Shown here piece after piece: positions 24,095-36,913 of a stretch of DNA of 64,000 nucleotides. The stretch lies in assembly GCF_016432865.1 (NCBI RefSeq), contig NC_067399.1:395808001-395872000 (forward strand), read 5' to 3'. The DNA is from Antechinus flavipes (taxonomy: Eukaryota). Below the pieces are notes generated by a model. The model was given only the letters and a program-made list of their open reading frames with translations, made no database searches and was not told the origin of the DNA. The position numbers and the translations under genes are program-made. The first letter of the stretch is position 1. Every line of letters begins with the position of its first letter.

Positions 24095-27000
24095 GGCAGA
24101 TGACAGAGAGAAGCCAGGATATCGCCTAAGATCTTCCTAGTTTTCCTCAGAAACAACATTAAATTAAGTCTCTACAAGGATTCTGGAGCAACAGAATCTA
24201 CAAAAAAAGATGGAATGAAACATTTTCTAGCCCAAGATAATTTAATAGGACTTCAGGAAAGGTCTGTCTCACTTGGATAAAAGAAATGCATAGTTCAATG
24301 TAGGCAGTGTCCAAAGCAAAGGAAAGCTTTTAGCCACAGCACAAATCGACAACCAGACCCCCACAGTTCTGGCTCAGCTGGTCATATCTCAGTCATTCAG
24401 CTCCACTGCAATGGGCAAACTGTCATCCTCAGAAATCAGGGCACAACAGGCTAGGCCACCCAGTGTAGTAGGCAAGCAGCCAGCCCCAGAGGCCCCAGCA
24501 GAGAAAGCCAGCAATACAAGAAGTTTGGGACAGTGCCCTCTTCACCTCAGAAGGAGAGTTCAACTTTAAAAAAATGAGCAAAAAAACAAAAAACAAAAGA
24601 GATCCCTGATCACAAAAAACAAAGATCAAAATACAAACTCAGAAAAAGATGACAATGTCAAAATGCCTATATGTGAAGCCCCAAATGAGAATACACATTA
24701 ATCTCAAGCCCAAAAGGTTTTCTTGGAAGAGCTCAAAAAGAATTTTTAAAAATCAAGTAAAAGAGATTTTAAAAACTAGGAAATGAAATGAGAGTTATTC
24801 AAGAGAATTATGAGGAAAGAGTCAACTACTTAGAAAAGGAAGCATAAACATTGCCTGAAGAAAATGACTCCTTAAAAAAAAAAGAATTGGCCAAATTGGT
24901 GGTGGGTAGGGAGAGAGTCTACTAAAGAAAACTTTTTTATAAGTAGAATTGGCAAAAGGAAAAGAAAAAATAAAAGCTAAAGAAAATTATTTCTTAAAAA
25001 TTAGAAATGGGTAAGTGGAAGCTAATGATTCTATAAGACTTCAAGAATCAGTCCAACGAAATCAAAAGAATGAAAAACTAGAAGAGAATGTATAATATAT
25101 TCACCTTAGAATATATTATATATGTAATATACATAATATACATCACACATAATATAATAATAATTTCTCATTGGAAAAACAACCAACCTAGAAAATAGAT
25201 CCAAGAGAGATAATTTAAGAATAATTGGACAACCTGAAGCCATGACTTAAAAAACAAAAACAAAAACAAAAACAAAGAAAACAGCCTGAACAGCATCATT
25301 CAAGAAATTATCAAAGAAGACTGCCCTGACATTCTAGAGCCAAAGGTCATTGAAAGAGTGCACTGATCACTTCCTGAAAGAGATAACCACCTTGAAAACT
25401 TCAAGGAATATTGTAGCCAAATTCCAAGTCAAGGACCTGAACCTGACTATCAGGTCAAGGGGAAAATACTGTATGCAACCAGAAAGAAACAATTCAAATA
25501 TCAAGGAGCTATAGTCAAAATTAGACAGGACTTTACAGCCTCTACATTTAAAGGATTGGAGGGCTTAGAATATGACAATCTAGAAAGCAAAAATGCTTAG
25601 ATTACAACCAAAAATCAACTACCGGGCAAAATTGAGTATAATCTTTCAGGGGAAAAGAAGAACATTTAATACAAAATAAGGGAACCTACTCACATCAGAT
25701 CTAAAAATGCATTATAAAGCAGCAGTCATCAAAGCTTTGGTATCAGCTCAGAAATAGAGTAGTGGATCAGTGAAATAAATTAGATATATAAGACACAGTA
25801 GTCTATGACAAAAATAACCTAATATTGCTCCAACTTGCATAATAAGAATTCACTATTTGGTGAAAACAGGTGGGAGAACTGGAAAATAATATGACAAAAA
25901 CTAAGCATAGATGAATATAACACAATAAACCAAGATAAGTAAAAATAGGTATGTGATTTGATATAAAAAGTGATACCATAAGCAAATTAAGAGAATAAGG
26001 AATATTTTATCTGTCAAATCAATGGAAAAGGGAAAAATTTATGACCAAACAAAAGACAAAAAACATTATAAAATGCAAAATGGATTATTTTGAATACATT
26101 AAATTGAAAGGTTTCACAAAAACAAAACAAATACAACCAAAACTAAAAGGAAAGTGGAAAGATGGGGAACAATTTTTATAGTATGTGTTTTTGACAAAGG
26201 CCTCCTTTCTCATATCATAGAGACTGAGTCAAATTTACAATAATACAAATTATTTCCCAATTGATAAATGGTAAAAGATATGAACAGAATGTTTTCAGAA
26301 GAAATTAAAGCTATCTATAGTCATATTAAAAAATTCTCTGAATCACCATTGATTAGAGAAATGCAAATTAAAACAACTCTGAGTTACCATCTCATATCTA
26401 GCAGATTGGCTAAGATGACAGAAAAAGGAAAATGATAAATATAGGAGATGTGGGAAAATTGGGACACTGATACATTGTTGGTGGAGTTGTAAACTGATCC
26501 AACTATTCAGGAAAACAGTTTAAAACTATGTCCAAAGGGTTATAAAACTGTGCATACCCTTTGATCCAGCAATACCTTCACTAGGTCTGTATCCCAAAAA
26601 GGTCATAAAAGAGGGGAAAGGATCTACATGTGCAAATATATTTATAGCACCTCTTTTTGTGGTGGCAAAGAATTGGAAGTTGAGATGTCTATCAATTGAG
26701 GAATGACTGATCAAATTGTGGTATATAAATCTAATGGAATACCATTGTTCTATTAAAAATTATAAGCAGGAGTATTTTGGAAAAACCTGGAAAAATGTAT
26801 ATAAACTGATGCAAACTGAAATGAGTAGAACAAAAAGAACATTGTATATAGTAATAGCAACATTTTGCAGTGATCAGCTATGATTAACTCAGCTCTTCTC
26901 AGCAATACATCAATTCAAGAGAATTCCAAAAGACTCATTATGGAAAATGTTATCCACATCCAAAGAAAGAACTATGAAGTCTGAATGCAGATTGAAGTAT

Positions 27001-27224
27001 ACTATTTTCACCGGTTTTTAGTGGCTTTTCCCTTTTGTTCTCTTTCTTCTTTCACAATATGACTAATGTGGAAATTTTTTTACATGATTGCACATGTATA
27101 ATCTATATCAGATTGCTTGCTGTCTTGGGAAGAGAGAAAAGGATATAAAACAAAATCTTATAAAAGTAAATGTTGAAAACTATCTTTACATGTAATTGGG
27201 AAAATATATCAAAAAAAAAAAAAA
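24095..27224 (+). mobile_element. L1 with 5' UTR and decayed ORF1, most of ORF2 deleted, then ORF2 C-terminus, 3' UTR and poly-A
   Basis: 5' start gatgacagagagaagccagg; ORF1 end (PAKLSIIFQGKRRTFN) near 25620-25670 abuts sequence resembling ORF2 DLKLYYKAAVIK; A-run at 27211-27224. Confidence 0.88.
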
Positions 27225-27244
27225 GAGGGGAAGAAAGGGAAAAC

Positions 27245-27830
27245 ATGGAAAGGGGCAGACACAACATCATGATAGATATCTTCAAATATCTAAATAACTA
27301 TCATGTCAAAGAGGGATTAAGTTTGTTCTGTTTGTTCCCAAAGGACACAATAAGTAACAGTGAGTAGAAAACAGAAGGAAAAGCAAACTTTGACTTAATG
27401 GAAGAAAAAACTACCCAACAATTGTTAATGAATCATTTCCGTATCTGACACTTCATGACCTTATTTTAAGGTCTTCCTCACAAAAATACTGGAATTGATT
27501 GCCATTTCCTTCTCCAGTTCTTTTTACAGATAAGTAAACTGAGGCAAAGAGAACTAAGTGAATTGCCCAGGGTCACATAGCTAGTATATGTTTGAGGTCA
27601 GATTTGAACTCAGGAAGATAAATCTTTCTGATTTCAAGTTTAATGCTCTGTCCACTGTAGCTGCCCATTCCTAATAATTAGGGATGTCCAAATGGAAATT
27701 AGAATGCCTTAGGAAGTAGTGAGGTCCCCACTGCTGATCTTCATTTCCCTTTGCAGGATTGGTGTATTGGGAACTTGAACTTATGACATCGGCTTAAATT
27801 AGACAAACTTTGAGATACCTTTCAACTCTG
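27245..27830 (+). mobile_element. L3/CR1 3' fragment, interrupted by a MAR1-type SINE (about 27425-27665, minus)
   Basis: catgatagatatcttcaaatatcta...gagggattaagtttgttctg matches L3; its upstream part lies at about 24050-24095, left of the L1. Confidence 0.7.
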
Positions 27831-27869
27831 ATACTCTATGATTTTCAAATACTCTGTTAGAATAATTAT

Positions 27870-28200
27870 AATCCTTTCCAATTTATTTCTTCCTGATTTC
27901 TCTCATCTCCAAATGCCACACTAGACACTGAACATGTCCTTCCATCCTTCTCTCTCTTTGAACTATAATCAATCTAATTGCCTCAGACCTCTCTTTCCCT
28001 GCACCCATAGCCCCTGTCCCTCACTAAGTCTTCTCCATTTCTCCTTTTCCACTTATTCCCAATGCATCAACCATTCTTTTGTGAGCAAACTACTAGCCAT
28101 CACTGAAATTCCCACCATCATCCTAATCCTGGTTCTTATGGAAACTTGGATTTCCCTTAAGAACAACTCTTAACTTATAGCTCACTTCAACAGATAAGTC
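27870..28200 (+). mobile_element. L2 internal (endonuclease-region) fragment
   Basis: Pyrimidine-rich L2-like sequence with ...ttcttatggaaacttgg... (remnant of an ETW motif). Confidence 0.5.
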
Positions 28201-28234
28201 ATATTTCCTTCAAATCTTGTATTATAATCAATTA

Positions 28235-30660
28235 ATTCTAAAATCATTTATTAAGCACCTGCTATATGTCAGATACTTTAATAAGCACTGGAGACAAAAA
28301 TGAAAAAGCAAAATATTTCTATTTTTTATATATACACAAAATATTTATTTATATATATAGAGAGAGAACTACAAAATACTTTGTAATCGATCTTGGAGAG
28401 ACTGTATGTATATTATGTATATAACTAAATTAGTACAAGATGGTTTGGAGAAGTACAGCATTAGAAACTGAGAGGTTCAAGAAAATTTTCTTATAAAAAT
28501 GGCATGTAATCTGAGCCTTAAAGAAAACTATGAATTCCACAAGGAGAGTAGAGAAGGGAATGCATGCCCTTGCAAGTAGACAGATAATAGAGCATCATAT
28601 TTCAGAGTAGTGAATAGGTCAATATGTCTGCATACTATAAAGCATAGAAGAGAATAATGTATGAAATTGGACATATCAAAACGGACCACCTTCTGAAGAA
28701 ACTTAAACATCAAGTAAGGGACCTTTATTTGATCCTATTGGTAAAAGAAAACCCTTAGGATTTATTAGATAAGGTGATAACAATAGCAGAACTATGCTTT
28801 ATGAAAATCTCTCTGATGACTAAATAAAAAATGAACTGAAATTTGGAAAGATATGAGGAAGGGATACCAAAGTTAAGGTTATTATAATATCCATGGCAAG
28901 AATTAATGAGGGCCTGAATTAAAATTCTGTCTGAGTAGAGAGAAAAGGATAAATGTGAGAGATGTTGTGGAGGCTGTGATGATAAGACTTGGCACCTGAG
29001 TATTTTTATGAAATGACCTAAAATAAGAAGTTAAAGATGACACCAAGGTAATTGCTGGTGTTGAGGTTATGAACTTAAAGTAAATTTAAAGACAGTGATA
29101 CTCTCCACAATAATAGGGAACTTTGGAAGAGAAGTGCATTTAAGGGAAAGATAATGAAGTCTGTTGTAGAAGTATTGAGTCTCTTCAGGGTATCTAGTTT
29201 GAAATGCTCAATAGGCAGTTATTGATGAAGGACTGGAGCTCTAGAGAAAAGTAAGACTGAATATATAGACCTATAAATCATCAAAATAGAGATCATAATT
29301 GAGCCCATGAGAGTTAATGAGCTCTACAAGTAAGAGAGTATAAAGCAAAAGGAGAAGAGGATTTAAGAGTCCCAAAATACATCTTCAATTAAAGCAAGTT
29401 TGTAGACATACAAAGGGCACTAAGGATCAGCCAGAAATGTAAGATAAGTACCAGAAGGAAATATTTTCACAAAAACACATAAAGGACATAATATCCTTAA
29501 GAAGAAAGTGATCTATAATTTTAAATGTTTCAGAAAGATCAAGAGGTTAAGGATTGAGAAGATGTCATTAGATAAAGCAATTAAGAGATCTCTGGTAACT
29601 TTGGAGAGAGCAGTTCCAGTTGAATAATGGTATCAGATTGCAGAGGGTTAGGAAGAGATGAGAAGAAATCTATATTCAATAATATAGATTTGGCTCTGAA
29701 AATGAAAAGAGATATGGAATGATAAATTTCAGGGATGATAAGATCTAATTAGAGTTTTTCCTAAGGTATTAGTAAGGTATGTTTGTAGTCATAAGGAAAG
29801 AAATGAAGGGATTGAAGAAAAGAGGGATGGGAACAATTTGCAAAACAGGAAGGGAGAGGTCCGTAGTTTATACAGAGAGAGTAGCCTTGTTGAAAAGATC
29901 CACTCCTTAATCAGAAGCTAGAATAAAGAAAAGAATAGTGAGGGATGATGTCAAGGGGTTGTGAAATAAAGAAAGGTTGTCAGATAAGGAAAGGAGAAGA
30001 GGGAACTCTCAGTGAGTGGTCTGGATTTTTTTATGTATGAAGAAAAGATCTCATCTGAGACAATAAAGTGAGAAAGTTTTATGTCTTATGTAGAGAAAAA
30101 TGGTTTAGAATAGCCTCTGCAGTGAGTAGGATAGAGAATGAACTAGGAAGGAATAAAAGATTAACTTGCTGCAATTTTTCAGTTGAAATCAGATAACATG
30201 AAGTTACTGTAGAGTCAGTCAACAAAGTTGTATGACTCTCCAGCTCTGCTACTCAGCAGATGAGGAGGAGCAGAGAAGATGACAGCAGGAGTCATCCATT
30301 ATTGCACTTTGACTAAAAGCAAGTCATGAGAAGACAGAGATGAAAGAATTGAGTTTGTTCACTTAGACTCCAGGTTAGAAAGGAAGGAAAATGTATATCG
30401 AGATTATAATAATCTGATAAACTGCCAAGAGGCAGAGAGATAAAAGATTAAGATGAGGATGTAGAATAGGTTTGGTATAAGAACAGGCATGGAAAGAGAT
30501 AGGCTACTAGGAAATAGGGATTTCATAAAGGAATTTAAGAAGTCTTGATCATCAATATAGAACATTTGTGGATGATAAGAAGATTGACTGAATGATCATT
30601 GCTTTGTGTAGCTAAAGTAGAATAGAGGAGGAAATCATAGAATTCAAGTAGATTGAGGAA
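28235..30660 (-). mobile_element. Long decayed L2
   Basis: L2 3' end on minus (atcatttattaagcacctgctatatgtcag) followed by about 2.4 kb of purine-rich antisense L2-like sequence. Confidence 0.75.
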
Positions 30661-31039
30661 CTTGGATATTATGGTTCTTCACAAGTAGGAGGGGAGGGGA
30701 CTTATCAGATATAAGATATCTAATAAGTATATGATGTTTTGTGTAGTTTAATTAAATTGAACAAACACAGCTTCTGGTGAACAAGTTCAATAAATAAATG
30801 ATAGTTTTTTCAGTTTCCTTTTCCCTGGAAGAAAGTACAGAAAAGAAAAGTTTTATTTAGATTTCTTATCACACTCCATTTTGAGAGTCAGGAGAGAAAA
30901 AAGCTGAATCACTACAATTTCTGTTAGACATAGAATAGTCCAGAACCTAGGGAACAGAAGGGGACAGAGAGGACCCATCTGGTGTGTTAGCATCAGTGAT
31001 GAATGAGACCCCTGACCTATTCTGAATGAAAATGTATAC

Positions 31040-32125
31040 CTGAGAGTCTGAATCTGCTCCAGTTACTACTTCAGCACAAATTACTCCCAAATTTCCAACA
31101 CAGGACAGATTAATCTCTTCTAAATTCCATTTCAGCATCTGTAACTGTCTAATGGACATCTCCATCTGGATTTCCCACCATCACCCCAAAATCAATAATC
31201 TAAAACTATAAATTCATCATCATTCTCCTAAATCTTATTCATCAAATGGGCCTTATTTTCTCAATTCTCCTTCATTCTATACAGCACAACCATCTTCTGA
31301 GTTACTATAGTTTGAAAGCTAAGAGGCATCTGAGACTCTCACTCCTTCTATCTAATCAGTTATGTAGTTCCATTGATTTTACCTCTGCAACATCTCTCAT
31401 GGCTGCCACTTTTTCTCCTCCACTTTCTCTATACCCTTACAACTGTTATTTCAGTAAAGGCCCTCGTTATCATTACCTGGACTTTTGCAATAGTTTTTGG
31501 TTTCCCTACTTAGCATTTCTCCCCTCACTAATCCACCCTCCATACAACTGGCAAAATAATCTTAAGAGGCAAATGTGGCAACATAATTCCAAGGCTCAAA
31601 AAATTTCACTGGTTCCCTGTTGCTTCCACAGTAAAATACAATCCCCTCAGCTTTCTACATGTAAAGCCTTCCACAATCTAGTATAAATCTTATATTCCAA
31701 TTTTATTTATTATTACTCTCCTTCATACAATCTATCTTTTAGTCAAATTGGGCTAAAACTCAACAAATTTCTATGGCTTCTCTCCATTTGCATAAATTGC
31801 CCCTCATGCCTACAATGAAGTCCTTCTGCATCTCCATCTCTCAGAAATCTTGTCTTCCTTCAGGACACAGCTCAAGTACTACCATCCCCTTGAAGTCTTT
31901 CCTGATTCCCCAAAGTAGAAGTACTCATTCCTGCAAACACTCTTAAAACCTTTTGTCTGATTCTTTCCTCTGCCCTCATAATTACATGCATCTCCTTATA
32001 CTTGTCTTTCCATATATTATAATTGCCTGAAGAATAGAATACAAACTCCTTAAGGAAAAAGAATTTTGTTTTTCAGTCTTTATTGCCTAGTACAGTGTCC
32101 TGCACATAGTAGGCTCTTAATAAAA
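31040..32125 (+). mobile_element. L2 3' part
   Basis: ctaatggacatctccatctggatttccc...tatctaaaactataaattcatcatc...cagtgtcctgcacatagtaggctcttaataaa. Confidence 0.8.
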
Positions 32126-32434
32126 TTTTACAAAGGGATTGCAAAGCAGGTAAAATCAAGACCAAATAAATTAGATTCTCCCAAACAAAAAAATCTTGGT
32201 GAAGAGAGCATATGATATCACTCATATCTTTGCACCATATTTGAAATTTTGGGAAAGAAAACTGATCCCCTTGAATAGAAACACTCTAGAAAGTATCTTT
32301 AGTCTGAATCAAACTGGAAAAACAGAGAGAATCTGAAAGATAATGAGGAGTGTATTCTGGGGCTTGAGGAGAGTGGGGGAAAGAGAAACAAGGTAATTAC
32401 TGAAGAATTCAGTGCCAAAAAAGTGAAATGCAGC

Positions 32435-32442
32435 TATAAAAG
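32435..32442 (+). promoter_or_regulatory. Canonical TATA box (TATAAAAG) in unique sequence
   Basis: Exact TATAWAWR match, 36 bp upstream of a GCCATGG Kozak ATG followed by a CAG|GTAGGA donor. Confidence 0.35.
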
Positions 32443-32470
32443 GAGAGGCAGTAGGATGAAGTAGGAGGCC

Positions 32471-33220
32471 ATGGAGGTGTGGGCCCAGGTAGGATGCATT
32501 GCTTCTGCCATCTGGAGGCCTTTCTGAAAAACATCCCACACTGATCTAACCCAGAACTGTCAGGGTTGGTTAGAGCCAGAAATACATGCACTAAAACAAT
32601 TGCATCTTGGTCTCCTGACACATGAAATCGTTTCAAGCGAGCCACTGCTGACCTCAGCTGGGTATCCATGTGCCATGTTATACCCACCCCCAAGTTTTCT
32701 CTAGTCCAAGTTTGTCAATCCATCTTCTCTCCAATTTAATGATATAATATTTAAGCCTTCCATCAGGTAAGAGAGTGGGGTGATGATGCCATTTGCTATT
32801 TGCAAAAGGCTTTAGAAGTTCAGCACTAGAATCCCCTGGCAGGGAGCAGCTTCTTTTGCAATAACTCATATGGCCAGGGCCAAAGCTGCTTCTGGAGTAT
32901 TTATTCTTAGCATAAGGTGATTGTGTGGTCACTAGAACTAATGTACAAGGGATTCCTACTCTTTAATTGGACACAATTACAAATCCCATAATTAGTGAAA
33001 AAAGAAAGATTAAAGGAGAGGAAAGGGAAGAGAGAGAAACAAAACAAAATAAACTAGGCCTAAATTCTTAGTTCTTTTGTCAGTGTCATCTCTTCCCAGG
33101 AATCTTGTAATTTCTGCAAAAAAAGAAGTGGAGCCACAGAATCCTCTATTCCCTCTCATGAATGTGAATTCATATTTATGCACATTTTTCCATAATTCCC
33201 CTGAGCGAGGGTCACTTTGA
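32471..33220 (+). CDS. Hypothetical three-exon 66-aa ORF (32471-32488, 32705-32766, 33100-33220), unverified
   Basis: AG/GT-bounded segments join in frame: MEVWAQSKFVNPSSLQFNDIIFKPSIRNLVISAKKEVEPQNPLFPLMNVNSYLCTFFHNSPERGSL*; I recognise no homologue. Confidence 0.2.
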
Positions 33221-33639
33221 GGTCTTAAATGTTTCCTGCAGGTGAGATGGAGAGCAGGAAGCATTCCCCTCGACTATCACCTCCTCCCACACCTCTCCCC
33301 ACTAGTCTCATGGGATTTTGCCTGACCTACTTTGGGCAGGTTATCTTACCCAATGTATTCCACCTCCCTCCCTTTTTGTGGACTGGCAGCTCCAGAGAGC
33401 ACTTCTTCATTTGTTTCATTTATGTGATCACAAATGACACCTGATGGGCAACATTCTCTAAAAATCAGAGCTCAGCAGAAGCCAGGGATAGCATGTAATC
33501 TGCTACTTTCCCAGGAGTCACCAAATATATGGAGTAGCAGGTATGGTTCTGTGGATCACACCACAAAGGAGAAATACAGCATCCTAATTTCAGTCAAAAA
33601 CTAGAAATTGAGTGGGGAAATTATTGGGGGAAATCTATA

Positions 33640-33810
33640 TTTGAATATAATGTAATAGTATTACAGCAAAACAACAAATATAATGTTTTAATATTTAATG
33701 AAATAAAAATACAATAGAATATAGATAATGTTAATATTTTATTTTTTAAGTCAATAGGCTGCCTCTAAGGAGCCTTACATATGATTTAGTGTCCCCATTT
33801 CTACTAGAAT
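33640..33810 (-). mobile_element. hAT-type MITE fragment
   Basis: aataaaaatacaatagaatatagataatgttaata...aagtcaata...tttagtgtccccatttctactagaatttgacccctctg resembles a marsupial hAT MITE end. Confidence 0.55.
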
Positions 33811-34032
33811 TTGACCCCTCTGCTTTTACACCCTTAGCCTGTGGCATATGCTACCTGACTTTATGAAAATGCCCCATAGAGTTTTTTACATGGTGCAATT
33901 TTGAAAAAAAAAAAAGATTGTTTTGAAATTATGCTTTGCATTGACATTAAGAGATGCAAATAATAATTGTCATGGCTCAGGAAAATGCCAAATAACTTTT
34001 CTAGCCTGTCAGGCTAATGTGTCCAAAGTGAG

Positions 34033-34040
34033 TGACGTCA
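34033..34040. promoter_or_regulatory. Full palindromic CRE (TGACGTCA)
   Basis: Exact motif with its CpG intact, in unique sequence of a CpG-depleted window. Confidence 0.3.
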
Positions 34041-35509
34041 TTTAATTGCATCTTATGTTATGAGCAGGAGTCATTTTCACCTAAAAGGAAGAAAAGTAAA
34101 AAGACCACACTTCAGAAACAACCCATTGCCCTTTGTTTCAGCACAGACTGTGGGGCTTACAAAGAACAACCTTTTGAAATGGTCTCTGCTCTTTTCTGGT
34201 TTGCAAAATACAAAAAAGCCAGGACATAATAGCACCATTTCTTGCCTGTCTAGTACTTTGGATTTCCAAAGCTCTTTCACATCCATTATGAGTCACCCTG
34301 GGAAGAGGTGGGACAGGTTTTATCCCCATTTTGACAGAGAAGGGTCTTCACATCCATTATCCATAGATAATGGTACCCCATGACAAGGTACAGTGGGCAT
34401 TATTCCCATTTGACAGATGAGGAAAATGAAACACAGAAAGGTTAAGTGGTTTGCGCAAGGTCACACAATGAATAAGCTGCAAAACCAAAACTAAAATTAA
34501 GTGCTCCTGTTTGTCCAGTACTCTTTGTAGTAACCATACAATAGGCCTGCTCTACAGAGATAACAAGACTAGAAGTCTGTACTTTGCACTACACACTCCA
34601 GAGAACTGACCAGCAAAAATTCTAACTTAGGAAACAAGTCAATTAGGGAATGGAAGAAACATTCTTTGTTTTATAAAAGGAATTGGTAGGAGGACCTTTG
34701 GAATTTCATTTGTGCACTTAAAAAGGGATCAGATTTATAAAAATATAATGCACACACAACTTTTTAGTTCACACATCTAATTCATACAGTGAGCTGTGTT
34801 TGTAAAAAACGTGAATGCCTCATAGGGAATGGAAGACAGTTATATGTATGCAGGATCAGCAAGGCTTCTCTGTCAGTTGGTGACAGCGTGTGCCCCAACA
34901 GGTCAGAAAATACCAAGGGCAAAGGGGACTGAATAAGGGCAGGCTCAGAAAGCACAAGGCAAATTTTTTGCCTTACAGAGACTTCCAAATCAGTTTCAAA
35001 AATATCCTTTTTTTTCTAGTAGACTTCAAGGCTTTGGATACCTTTTTAAGCCCAGGTGTTACATGTGCTGAGCTAGTCTAGTCCCCAGAAATTCATAGTC
35101 ATCATCTGCTATTTTCTGTCTTTCTAGTCCTTTCAATGGCTTTTTTGGAGGATGTAGAAAAGCATGGGGTAATTCCATGCCTAAGAGGAGAAGAGAAAAA
35201 TGTAGCAATGGAAAGCAGAATACTATCTGGGAATGAGAAGGTAGCATGAAACAAAATGCAGTTCACTTTCTTCATGCAGGTCATTTCTATAGAATGAGGG
35301 GATGAGCTCCTACATATGCTCCAGCCTTGCTTTTGGAGCTGCTGGATAGAACTTCTGAATAGCGCTTCAAGGTTTCTTCTATTTCTATAATATTCCTCAA
35401 AGGTATTGATAATTAGCAAAGAATGAGCACTCCCTTTTTCTTCTCTAATCCACCCTAAACCATTCTTTAGCTCCTCTTCATTGCTAGCATCTTGCTAGTC
35501 AAATAGGGA

Positions 35510-36560
35510 ACTGTTGTTGTTATTTGTCCTTCATTCTGGAAGAGCACCATAACTTCAGGAAGTTGATGCCATTGACTAGGAGGCAGGGATGAACTCTGAA
35601 ACTGTGTCCCTTTTAATCTGTAAAAGAACAGAGACTCCAGAAAGTCTGGAAGGGGATATACTTTCCAGATGGGCCTTTTCTAAGATAAGAAACTCATCCA
35701 ATTGGAGATCTTGGGCAAATCACCCCCCATTGATTTTTGGGGAAAGCCAGATCCCCATTCAGGAAATTCCAAATTCTGGGGAACCGTCTTCAAAGTGATT
35801 TCATTCAATTGGGAGATCTTAGTCTGATAATCAACTCAAACTGCCCCTCAACCCCCAGATTTGCTCATAAAATAGGTTTCTGTTAACACATTGTTTGCAA
35901 ATCTCCTCATTAAGAAATTTGCCTGCTAAGAAAGAATTTCTTAGTGAAATTAAAACTTCCCTTTTTTGCCACTAAGATTTCTGGTTAGTGAATTTTTTTA
36001 GGTTGGACTTGTCCTAAGACCAGAGGGCATTCTCACATCAATTCTCACAGCTTTCTGCACTGCCACTAATAGCATCATCATGACATGCAAGTAAAATGGA
36101 TTTAAGTGAGGGAAGGCTGTACTTTTCCCACCAGAACCACTGAGTTCAGAGGCCAAATATAGAGCAAGACAAATAGAGATGGCCCTGGATAAATGGGAGA
36201 TCTAAGTCTTTTTAAACTAAGGTGTTCAACAGGTCTCAGTCTGACTGAGAACACACCCATTTAGTGATTAAAACTAGGTAGCAATTGAGACAAAGAATCT
36301 CCTCTTAGTACCAAAAAAAAAAAAAAAAAAAAAAACTTAAATAAATAAATCAGGATTTCTGGCCAAAGCAGAAATTACTATTTACATTCAAAATTAGTCA
36401 TTCAGGACTCATACAATGCCCAGATGGAGCTTATCCTAGGACCTTTTGGTAGTCATTTAGAATCAGATCGGTTTTGGTTTAAGGACTGGTCATTAAGAAA
36501 GAAATTTAGCCAGTAAACTCCAAGATATCTTGGGAGAGTTCAGAAGTGCAAAAGAGAAAA
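35510..36560 (+). mobile_element. Marsupial interspersed repeat (WALLSI/MdoRep-like, name uncertain) split by an LTR
   Basis: ttgttgttatttgtccttcattctggaagagcacc...gatgccat | gacatgcaagtaaaatggatttaagtgagggaagg...; related copies near 46040 (minus) and 48060. Confidence 0.7.
35573..36077 (+). mobile_element. Solo LTR (ERV-derived), about 505 bp
   Basis: TG...CA ends; approximate 4-bp TSD ccat/tcat; TATA-like cataaaa near 35867 and ATTAAA near 35949; the host repeat is contiguous across it. Confidence 0.65.
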
Positions 36561-36913
36561 AAAAAAAAAAATGCTTCTAAGAGCATCTGTAGTGAAGGAA
36601 TGATGTAGTGTATCTCCTAAGGAGCAAATAACAATAACCCTAAGGCAACCTTTAAGACACTTCAATTCTTCCTCCATGTCATAAAATTAGCATATCATTG
36701 TCAAGAAGCACCTGATCTTTCTATCTTTTTCTTATCTTCTTGTTCCTGGTTCTTTGCTAAATTCTTGTGGAACTTGAAAACTTTGTCTGTTGACTTAGAG
36801 ATGAGTCTGAGATTGCAAATTCTTTTGATACACCTCACAACATTGATATGGAACCCCAACCTTTTGGGGATTTCCTTTTTAACCCCAACTGGTATGATAC
36901 CCTATGTGGACAG

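Noticed and set aside
31246-31686. 146-aa ORF, and ORFs at 39356-40296, 54289 and 57083
   Set aside because: They lie within decayed L2 sequence
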